A DNA stretch of 64,000 nucleotides from an uncultured Acidobacteriaceae bacterium. Its GTDB lineage: Bacteria > Acidobacteriota > Terriglobia > Terriglobales > Acidobacteriaceae. This document shows, piece after piece, positions 18,399 to 25,307 of the stretch. Under the pieces are notes generated by a model. The model made no database searches. It had not been told where the DNA came from and saw only the letters and a list, made by a program, of their open reading frames with translations. The stretch is taken from contig CAVTGH010000006.1 in the NCBI GenBank assembly GCA_963734215.1, forward strand, positions 69,453-133,452. The letters are read 5' to 3'. Within the stretch, counting starts at the first letter, position 1. Every line of letters begins with the position of its first letter. The position numbers and the translations under genes are program-made.

Positions 18399-19145
18399 CT
18401 AGTAGCGGCCATTTCTGACCCAGAGGCGCACTTGATCCTCGACGGAAAATCGATCCGCGGGCTGGCTGACGAAGCGTGATTCAAGAGAAAACGCGTGGGC
18501 TTCGAGCGGCACGGAGAAATGAAATTTGGCGTTCACGAAGCTGCGCACGAAAAGCTCCGTGTAGCGCTCGAGTCCAAGAACCTGGAACTGGACGGCGTGC
18601 ACCAGCGCGTGAAACAAAGAGCGCTCGGTGACTTTCTCGTTGAAGACAACGACATCGAGAAAAGTCATGGAGGCCAGGTGCGCGACTTGCGGGAGGTTGA
18701 GAAAGCCCAGATCGACGGCTTCTGCGTAAAAAGGCGGATTGGGTAGCCGGGCGCCGGCGAGTTCGACGATTCTTACGCCATCGAGCAGAGCGGCCGAAAA
18801 ATATGGCCACATGACGGCCTTCTGGTGGTTGGCGAGGGGCGCGGCAGAAGGGAAGAAATGTTCGCGCTGTTCCTGCAAATAGGAAGAAACCCGGCCGACG
18901 GCGCCAAGGATCTCCCGCTCGGTGAGCTGCGTGCGAGGCGCGGAGGCCGCTTCCGCGCTGGGAATTTTCCTCTCGAGGGACGTGTAATATTCGTTGAGGG
19001 CAGAGGCCGCCTGGACGGATTTTCGCAGGACATCGCGCTGGCCGAAACGGGCCAAATCGTCGGCGGAAAAACGCAGGCGAAGCTGATGGGTCGCGCAATG
19101 CGCGCTAAGCAACTCCAACTCTGCGTGGCGCAGTTCGGAATTCAT
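18399..19145 (-). CDS. Hypothetical protein with degenerate metallopeptidase-like motif (HALVH instead of HExxH)
   Basis: ...ERSLFHALVHAVQFQVLGLERYTELF... resembles the LxHELxHVxQ motif of DUF4157-type Zn-peptidase-like domains, but the Glu is replaced by Ala. Confidence 0.5.
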   Translation of the reverse strand: MNSELRHAELELLSAHCATHQLRLRFSADDLARFGQRDVLRKSVQAASALNEYYTSLERKIPSAEAASAPRTQLTEREILGAVGRVSSYLQEQREHFFPSAAPLANHQKAVMWPYFSAALLDGVRIVELAGARLPNPPFYAEAVDLGFLNLPQVAHLASMTFLDVVVFNEKVTERSLFHALVHAVQFQVLGLERYTELFVRSFVNAKFHFSVPLEAHAFSLESRFVSQPADRFSVEDQVRLWVRNGRY

Positions 19146-19360
19146 CTGGACGATAGCGACTCTATCGTCGGGGTATTTCCCAGGAATACATCGGACAACT
19201 CCTAAATCGATTGGAATGCGGACGGGGCCCAGTTATTCATAAGTTATACAGCGTTACGTTTACGATGTCAACGAAATTATTCCGGATAGCGGCCGTGCCA
19301 GGGGGACGGGACATTCCGGGGAAGGCGCCGGGTTGACTCCCGAATCCAGTTGTGCAGGGT

Positions 19361-19381
19361 TATGTACACGTTGTATACATA
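19361..19381. promoter_or_regulatory. Near-palindromic candidate TetR operator TATGTACAcgtTGTATACATA abutting the TetR start codon
   Basis: Read directly. Ends 1 nt before ATG 19382. Confidence 0.4.
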
Positions 19382-19993
19382 ATGGCTGAGGAGACTTGTT
19401 CTCCCGGAGGAGGCAAGGTGCCGCGGCGACCCGACCCCGACCTGGAAAACCAGATCCTGAACGCCGCGCAAAGACTCTGGAAGAAGGGGGGAGCGAAGGC
19501 GCTCACGATGCGGGCGGTGGCGAAAGCGGCCGGGACCAATACGCCCTCGGTTTACCGGTGCTTCCGCGACCGGGAAGATATTCTTCGCGCGATCATGCAG
19601 CGCATCCGATTGGAGATTGCCGCCCAGGTGGAAGGCGCATCCTCTCCGGAAGAGGCTTGCGAACGGTATCTGGATTACGCGGTGAGCCATCCCCGCGAAT
19701 ACGAGCTGTTCTATCAGCAGGAATATGAACTATTTTATTCGCCCCGCTCGATCCGGGCCGGGGCCAAGCCTGCAGGGCGGCCCGTCCGGGAGGTGATTAA
19801 GCGAAAGCTGACGGAAAAGCTGGGCGAATCGCCCGCCGGGCACGGGCCGCTCCTGACGGCCTTGTGGATGGTAACCCACGGAGCGGCGATGCTGCTGGTC
19901 GCAAAGACGATCGCGCCAAAAGATGCCGTGGCCGCGCGCAAGGTGTTTACGAACTTAGTCGCGATGATGTTGCGGGAGGGCTGCGGTTCGTGA
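19382..19993 (+). CDS. TetR/AcrR-family transcriptional regulator
   Basis: N-terminal HTH ILNAAQRLWKKGGAKALTMRAVAKAAGTNTPSVYRCFRDREDIL. Confidence 0.9.
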   Translation: MAEETCSPGGGKVPRRPDPDLENQILNAAQRLWKKGGAKALTMRAVAKAAGTNTPSVYRCFRDREDILRAIMQRIRLEIAAQVEGASSPEEACERYLDYAVSHPREYELFYQQEYELFYSPRSIRAGAKPAGRPVREVIKRKLTEKLGESPAGHGPLLTALWMVTHGAAMLLVAKTIAPKDAVAARKVFTNLVAMMLREGCGS

Positions 19994-20368
19994 AGCGGTT
20001 TCCGGTTCGCAGTTCCCGGCGGGGCGGCGTGGGCTGCCCCGTTTGTCTTAGTCTTTAAGTCTTGAGAAAAAGTTCGAGGGTAGGATGACATTGCGTAATT
20101 TGTGGGGCAGCCCCGTTCCTTCGCGTTTTTTGCGAAGAGCCTGGCCCTGGGAACACCTGTATTTGCACTGGCGTAACCTGTGCCACATGCACGCAACATA
20201 CTTGCGTGAAATGCGGTAGGCTGATAGTAATTATGTGCCTGATGACAGTTCTCTTTGCCTGCTGGGAATTGTTTCAGTGCCCCAACGTAGTTACTAACTT
20301 CCAACAATCGCGGCTGAAGGGCTACGCCGCTTCACCGGGACGCTTGGGGGTTGCGGCGCGCGGAGTGT

Positions 20369-20386
20369 TAAGGATCGTTCGCCTCG
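20369..20386 (+). repeat. Direct repeat TAAGGATCG(T/C)TCGCCTCG, copy 1 (copy 2 at 20658-20675), bracketing the small peptide gene
   Basis: 17 of 18 identical. Copy 2 is embedded in an 11-bp perfect hairpin (20639-20649 / 20669-20679). Confidence 0.6.
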
Positions 20387-20416
20387 GCCTCCCCCCTTCC
20401 TAAGAAGGAGACCATC

Positions 20417-20593
20417 ATGAAGAAGCTTAAGAAACTTGCTATCAAGAAAGTGACGCTGCAGAATCTGGACGAACCCACACTAGATGACATGGCTGGCGGC
20501 CTCCTCACTGCAACTTGCCTCTGCCCGACCAAGGTCACGTGTGTGTGCCCGACCGTCGGTCGGCAGTATACTTGTCCCAACGGCACTTGTTAA
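20417..20593 (+). CDS. 58-aa double-glycine-leader peptide with Cys/Thr-rich core (bacteriocin/RiPP-precursor-like); below the ORF-track size cut-off
   Basis: AAGGAG at 20404-20409, ATG 20417, TAA 20591-20593. Own translation: MKKLKKLAIKKVTLQNLDEPTLDDMAGG|LLTATCLCPTKVTCVCPTVGRQYTCPNGTC. Hydrophobic residues at -4, -7, -12 and -15 relative to GG. Confidence 0.65.
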   Translation: MKKLKKLAIKKVTLQNLDEPTLDDMAGGLLTATCLCPTKVTCVCPTVGRQYTCPNGTC

Positions 20594-20745
20594 CTGGGAA
20601 CAAGCATTCCGTCAGGACGGTACACGAAGGATTGTTGGGAGTCGAGGCGTACGGTGGTAAGGATCGCTCGCCTCGACTCTGCAACCCCTTCGATTAGACA
20701 AATGAAGACCGGCGCAAGGTGAGAACTTGCAGTTCACGCCGGGTG

Positions 20746-20778
20746 CCCCATTTCTCGCGTTCTTTGCGAGAAGAGGGG
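20746..20778. repeat. REP-like imperfect hairpin CCCCATTTCTCGC-N7-GCGAGAAGAGGGG
   Basis: Related to 6201-6231. Confidence 0.55.
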
Positions 20779-20869
20779 CTTTCGGCGGGTTGCCCGGGCT
20801 TTTTTAACCTTTCGCGCATTACCAATACAGTGGGAATGGTGCACGCAAAGATCGTACTTTCCAATAGCC

Positions 20870-22123
20870 TTGTCGTGCGATAGTCTTTGTGTGGCGCTGC
20901 GCGGGCTGCCCGCAGATCGAGGCGTCGTGGTGTGTACAAACTGGGACGGTTTCAACCACTTGCCGGAACTCGATATCGACCTGTTCGCAGGCGCGGGAGG
21001 ACTTGCGCTGGGGCTGAATCACGCGGGGTTCTCGCCCCTTCTCGTTTACGAGAGAGACAAGCACGCCTGCGAGACGCTGCGCCACAACGCGGCCCTCGGC
21101 GGTACGCTCGCAGGCACGGTACAAGAAGAGGATGTTAAGAGAGTCGAATGGCATAATTTTCGAGAGAATGTGCGGTTGCTTGCTGCGGGAGCGCCATGTC
21201 AGCCCTTCAGCCTGGGTGGAAAACATCGCGCGCAGCAAGATGAGCGCAATCTCTTCCCTGAAGTCCTCCGTTCGGTGCGCGCCCTTAAACCGAAGGTCGT
21301 CCTGATCGAGAACGTCCGCGGAATTCTCCGCACCGATTTCCAGCCGTTCTTTGAATACATACTGCGCCAGCTAGAGTACCCTTCGTTGGCTAAGCGTAAG
21401 GGAGAGACATGGCTTGATCATGCTCGCCGAATCCGCCAGCATCAATGCTCCGCTGGGTATATGCCTGAGTACCATGTTTGCTGGAGACTCTTGGAGGCAG
21501 CAGATTTCGGGGTACCCCAACTGCGGAAACGTGTCTTCATCATTGCAACGCGAATTGACCTGCCGGTTTATCAATTCCCGCTTCCGACCCACAGCAAGGA
21601 GGTCCTAGAACGTCGGCAGCAGGGTGGAATCTATTGGGAAAGTCACGGAATCAAGAAGCCTCGCACTGGCGGGCTTCAATTTCCAACGAACAAAAAAAAC
21701 GAGCTCGCACCGTGGATCACAGTCCGAGATGCGCTGGCGGGTTTGCCCGCGCCGCACGAGGATGCGTCGAGAGCATGGATGAATCACTGGTTGATACCCG
21801 GTGCGCGGGCGTATGCGGGACACGGGGGCAGCAGATTGGATTGGCCTTCCAAGACTATCAAGGCCGGAGTGCACGGCGTTCCGGGGGGAGAAAACACTGT
21901 AGTCCTCGACGACGGGAGCCTGAGGTACTACACGTTAAGAGAAGCCGGGCGCATTCAAACCTTTCCTGATTCGCACTTCTTCTCGGGAGCTCGGATTCAC
22001 ATCACACGACAACTCGGCAACGCTGTACCCTGCCTCCTTGCGGCGAGAGTGGCCCAGCCACTTTTTATGTTGCTTGGTTCGACTTCCCAGACGGCGGACA
22101 TGCGTCAAGCGGCAAACATCTAA
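20870..22123 (+). CDS. dcm: DNA (cytosine-5)-methyltransferase
   Basis: Motif I DLFAGAGGLALG, motif IV GAPCQPFS, motif VI ENVRGIL, motif X QLGNAVP. The N-terminal ~30 aa of the ORF may not be translated. Confidence 0.92.
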   Translation: MSCDSLCVALRGLPADRGVVVCTNWDGFNHLPELDIDLFAGAGGLALGLNHAGFSPLLVYERDKHACETLRHNAALGGTLAGTVQEEDVKRVEWHNFRENVRLLAAGAPCQPFSLGGKHRAQQDERNLFPEVLRSVRALKPKVVLIENVRGILRTDFQPFFEYILRQLEYPSLAKRKGETWLDHARRIRQHQCSAGYMPEYHVCWRLLEAADFGVPQLRKRVFIIATRIDLPVYQFPLPTHSKEVLERRQQGGIYWESHGIKKPRTGGLQFPTNKKNELAPWITVRDALAGLPAPHEDASRAWMNHWLIPGARAYAGHGGSRLDWPSKTIKAGVHGVPGGENTVVLDDGSLRYYTLREAGRIQTFPDSHFFSGARIHITRQLGNAVPCLLAARVAQPLFMLLGSTSQTADMRQAANI

Positions 22124-22581
22124 TGCCGGGTTCGAGGAGAACTCTCAAAGTGCGCGCTAGAGCTGATCCCCTCTCAACGAAACAGCGGTCCTCCCTGATG
22201 TCCAGAGTCAGGAGCCGCGGAAATCGTTCGACGGAAGTCGCTGTCGAAGAGGTCCTGAGGACGCATCGAATCCGGGGATGGGTAAAACACCCTCATGATG
22301 TACTCGGCAGGCCAGATTTCTATTTTCCGAAGGACATGCTTGCCATCTTCGTTGACGGCTGCTTTTGGCACCGCTGCCGACGATGCGCCCGAAGCGTGCC
22401 GAGCAATCGACACCTTTTTTGGCTCAACAAAATCGCCCAAAATGTGCGTCGCGACGAAAGAATCCGCCGTACCTTACGGCGAAGAGGATACTCGGTCATG
22501 CGAATATGGGAACACTCCATCCCTCATCAACGCACCTGGTTAGCGCGGATGAGAAGAATGCTTGACCGCAGGTCGAAGTAA
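22123..22581 (+). CDS. vsr: Very-short-patch repair endonuclease
   Basis: RSSLMSRVRSRGNRSTE...GRPDFYFPKDMLAIFVDGCFWHRC... is the Vsr signature. TAATG overlap with dcm. Confidence 0.9.
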   Translation: MPGSRRTLKVRARADPLSTKQRSSLMSRVRSRGNRSTEVAVEEVLRTHRIRGWVKHPHDVLGRPDFYFPKDMLAIFVDGCFWHRCRRCARSVPSNRHLFWLNKIAQNVRRDERIRRTLRRRGYSVMRIWEHSIPHQRTWLARMRRMLDRRSK

Positions 22582-22594
22582 TCGGAGCAGCGAG

Positions 22595-23722
22595 CTAGGA
22601 TGACTCAGCCAGAATCGAGGCGTCAAATTTGAAAGTGCCATGCTTCGACAAATATTTCAGCAAGATACCGAGACGAATGCGGATAGCATAGGCGTCATTC
22701 GGTGTTTGCGAGTGCTTGTCGAATTCCAGAAGAGCTAGCTCCACTGATGTCGAGGTTTCCCCTTGCTCTTCAGCGACCTCTCGATTCTTTTCTCTGTTCT
22801 TTTCGAATTGCGCCAGCATGTCACGGCTGACGCTGCTGACTTTTCCCAGCCTGATGAACCGGAATAGATGGAAGTACAGAGTGATCATCCCGACTTGGCG
22901 TAGCAGTTTATCCTGCGTGCCGAAGGCGCTCGTCATGAGAGCGAGAGTGTTGTCCGTCTCGTTCGCCAGCGCCGACACTGCAGATTGGGAAGCCTTTCTG
23001 GCTCCTTCTTGTCGCCATTTCTTGAACTGACGCACGAATGCGTCGAGGTCAGCTTTTTTTGTGTTCACGATCTCTTTCGAGAATTCGATGAACAAGAACT
23101 TAGCCGCAAGATCCCGGTGCCGATAGCGATTATCTGGGAAGGCAACGTGCCTGGTGAAGAATTTGTGGCCGGAAATATTTTGAATTGCATTTGGCAAGGG
23201 ACCTCCGAACGCGTTTCGTTTTTCGGGCGCGTTCAGCGGTACAGCCTCATTGAGTCGCGAAAACATATCCTCAATAAGGTCGATATCATTGGTCCGTATT
23301 GTGACAATGTCCAGCGGTGTTGAGTCGAATCGACTCTTGAGTTGTGGATATTTTTCAGCCAACTGCTTGTAGCCTAAGCCCCCGGCCTTAACCGTGCTGT
23401 CTCTAATGAACTCGAAATCGTCGGCGAGCGATATGTTGCCGTCAATAAAGTCCCAGATCGTTTGTATTCTCTGTTTTCCGTCAACTATTGCGTAGCGATA
23501 TTTCTTCGAACCAATTTTCTTGGGTGGTACAAACTCATGAAAGTAAAGCTTCGGGACGTCGAAACCGTTAATGATCGAATCAATGAGTAGCTGGCGCTTC
23601 TCCCTGGTCCAGATTCCGCTGATGCGCTGATAAGCCGGGTCAAGTTGAATATCGTCTCGTTCGGAATAGACGATCAATGCTGAACTCTGGGGATACCTCC
23701 CGAGACTGAATTCATCTTTCAT
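22595..23722 (-). CDS. DUF262 (ParB/GmrSD-N-like) domain protein without a DUF1524/HNH nuclease half
   Basis: DPAYQRISGIWTREKRQLLIDSIINGFDVPKLYF and AIVDGKQRIQTIWDFIDG are DUF262 hallmarks. The C-terminal ~200 aa is alpha-helical-looking with no His-Me motif seen. Confidence 0.8.
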   Translation of the reverse strand: MKDEFSLGRYPQSSALIVYSERDDIQLDPAYQRISGIWTREKRQLLIDSIINGFDVPKLYFHEFVPPKKIGSKKYRYAIVDGKQRIQTIWDFIDGNISLADDFEFIRDSTVKAGGLGYKQLAEKYPQLKSRFDSTPLDIVTIRTNDIDLIEDMFSRLNEAVPLNAPEKRNAFGGPLPNAIQNISGHKFFTRHVAFPDNRYRHRDLAAKFLFIEFSKEIVNTKKADLDAFVRQFKKWRQEGARKASQSAVSALANETDNTLALMTSAFGTQDKLLRQVGMITLYFHLFRFIRLGKVSSVSRDMLAQFEKNREKNREVAEEQGETSTSVELALLEFDKHSQTPNDAYAIRIRLGILLKYLSKHGTFKFDASILAESS

Positions 23723-24485
23723 AGGGTCTCCGAGCTAGCCGAGCGACATTATCGAGCTCTGGAAGAATACCGAGCTCGTCAATTCTTAATGCTTCGAGCT
23801 GACGCCTGATCCGCGGTTTTGCGCCCGAAGGAATGATGTATCGGCCTATATGCTTTCCGTCGCTGAGCGATTCGATGGGACTCTGATCGCGATGGGTGAC
23901 CGTGAACACGCTGAACTGCGCCTGCATTCGCTTCGAATGTCTAATCGCGATCCCCGCTGCAGGAGTGAGGCGGGTAGTCTGTTCGGACGCCATAACCGAC
24001 GGCAGATAATTTCGCAGGTTCCTGTTGTCGTCTTCAAAGATAGGGAGCGCGAGCTTGTTCGTGAGCTTGATACTAGCCTGCAGGTTTAGTTCAGCAGGAA
24101 GCAGGAGCCACAAGGCACCGTCTTTGGAATCGTTCTTCGTCAGGTTGCCGACATCATTGACTGCGAAATAAAGACCGATGAGAGGGCTTTCGCTCCAATC
24201 CAAGAGCCGCGTTGGAACACTGTGGTGTCGGGCAAGAAATAACCACTCCCATTCGGATTGCGGTCGATCAGTGACAAACTGAATCGCATTCTGTTTGAAC
24301 GCATTGATCAACGCACTCTCATGTTCAAGTTTGAAGGGTGGACGGCCAAGTGAAGGTACTAGCGAGTGCTTGCTATTGGTCGATCCGCGAAACCAGATAG
24401 GCGTCCGCCTCGCGAGGGCCCGATGCGACTCGACGGCGGTCAGCAGGTCGCCGACGCTACGGATTCTCCTCTCATCAAAAAACAT
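23712..24485 (-). CDS. FRG-domain protein
   Basis: IWFRGSTNSKHSLVPSLGR and LARHHSVPTRLLDWSESPLIGLYFAV match the FRG domain consensus. Its 3' end overlaps the DUF262 start by 11 nt. Confidence 0.8.
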   Translation of the reverse strand: MFFDERRIRSVGDLLTAVESHRALARRTPIWFRGSTNSKHSLVPSLGRPPFKLEHESALINAFKQNAIQFVTDRPQSEWEWLFLARHHSVPTRLLDWSESPLIGLYFAVNDVGNLTKNDSKDGALWLLLPAELNLQASIKLTNKLALPIFEDDNRNLRNYLPSVMASEQTTRLTPAAGIAIRHSKRMQAQFSVFTVTHRDQSPIESLSDGKHIGRYIIPSGAKPRIRRQLEALRIDELGILPELDNVARLARRPYER

Positions 24486-24592
24486 CGATCTGCTCTTTGC
24501 GCTTGCTGTGTCATCGTGGGCCGAACAGGGCCATGCAACTTTCTACGCTGTTCGAGCAATTCGCGCAAGTCAGGAGAGCACCTTCTATCCAG

Positions 24593-24880
24593 GGGGCTGG
24601 CCCAGCCGTACTCTAGCACGGCACGGGATGCCCCACCCGTGGCAGTTTCACGGGTGGGCTGCTGCGAACTCTCCCCTGCATGTTCATCGGTCACAGCGAA
24701 ATGTTCCTGTTACATTGCTCCAATGCCGACAAATCCACGCCGCTACTACGGCTCTTGGAGCTTCACATCCGCAAAATCTCCTGAGCCCGTCGGCGTCGTG
24801 GCCCACCCGTGAAACCGCCACGGGTGGGGCATCCAGTTCGGGCTTGCTCGGACGAAATGCGTCGGCTGGGCCAGCCCCCT
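24593..24880. repeat. Composite inverted pair of REP-like modules
   Basis: Two modules, AGGGGGCTGGCCCAGCCG and GATGCCCCACCCGTGGCRGTTTCACGGGTGGG. The left arm (24593-24660) is the reverse complement of the right arm (24800-24880), with variable 18- versus 29-nt linkers. Each arm also contains its own CCACCCGTG-N7/8-CACGGGTGG hairpin. Confidence 0.7.
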
Positions 24881-24949
24881 CTGAGTCACAGCAAGCAAGG
24901 AGTCACCCTTAGGCGACCCGGGCTCGGGTGGTGAGGTAGGGATCCCTTC

Positions 24950-24968
24950 GGCTTCGCTCAGGGCAGGC
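24950..24968 (+). repeat. Dispersed repeat core GGCTTCGCTCAGGGCAGGC (copy 2)
   Basis: See 5660-5678 and 25117-25135. Confidence 0.6.
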
Positions 24969-25116
24969 TTTCGACTGCATGCCGATTCTCTGCGCTCTTC
25001 GGCATGCTCCGCTCAAGATGACAGGGATCTGGGTTCGTCGAAGGAAAGAAGGCGACTACGGGGGCTGAAGCCGCGTTCCTTTATGGGGCGCTCGTGTGGC
25101 ACCCTTCGACTCACTT

Positions 25117-25135
25117 GCGCTCGCTCAGGGCAGGC
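25117..25135 (+). repeat. Dispersed repeat core GCGCTCGCTCAGGGCAGGC (copy 3)
   Basis: See 5660-5678 and 24950-24968. Confidence 0.6.
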
Positions 25136-25175
25136 TCAAATGAACTCGTGCCCTTCCCGGTCAGCTGCAAAAGGA

Positions 25176-25268
25176 AAGGTAAAGTCAAAAGCAAAATCAA
25201 AAGCAAAATCAAGATCAAGATCAAGATCAAGATCAGGATCAAGGTCAAAATCAAAATCAAGGTCAAAG
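25176..25268. repeat. Hexanucleotide microsatellite (AARRTC)n including (AAGATC)x4 at 25211-25234
   Basis: aaggtaaagtcaaaagcaaaatcaaaagcaaaatcaagatcaagatcaagatcaagatcaggatcaaggtcaaaatcaaaatcaaggtc, intergenic, just downstream of rodZ. Confidence 0.85.
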
Positions 25269-25270
25269 GC

Positions 25271-25290
25271 AGCGGACAAAAGTGTCCGCT
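25271..25290 (-). terminator. Hairpin terminator downstream of rodZ
   Basis: AGCGGACA-aaag-TGTCCGCT, 8-bp stem. The minus-strand continuation is T-rich (gcctttgaccttgattttgatttt). Confidence 0.55.
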
Positions 25291-25307
25291 CTACACGTGC
25301 GCGCAGG

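Noticed and set aside
20206-20403. 65-aa ORF (MKCGRLIVIMCLMTVLFACWELF...) just upstream of the peptide gene, as a possible immunity or partner protein.
   Set aside because: It has no RBS, an odd composition in its second half, and it spans the direct repeat. I judged it not supportable from sequence alone, although it ends exactly at the peptide gene RBS and might merit a Ribo-seq check.
25176-25268. Possible CRISPR array (also considered for the 15-nt repeats at 59094-59168 and the 8-nt repeats at 39295-39326).
   Set aside because: The units are 6, 15 and 8 nt, directly tandem with no spacers. No cas genes are in the window.
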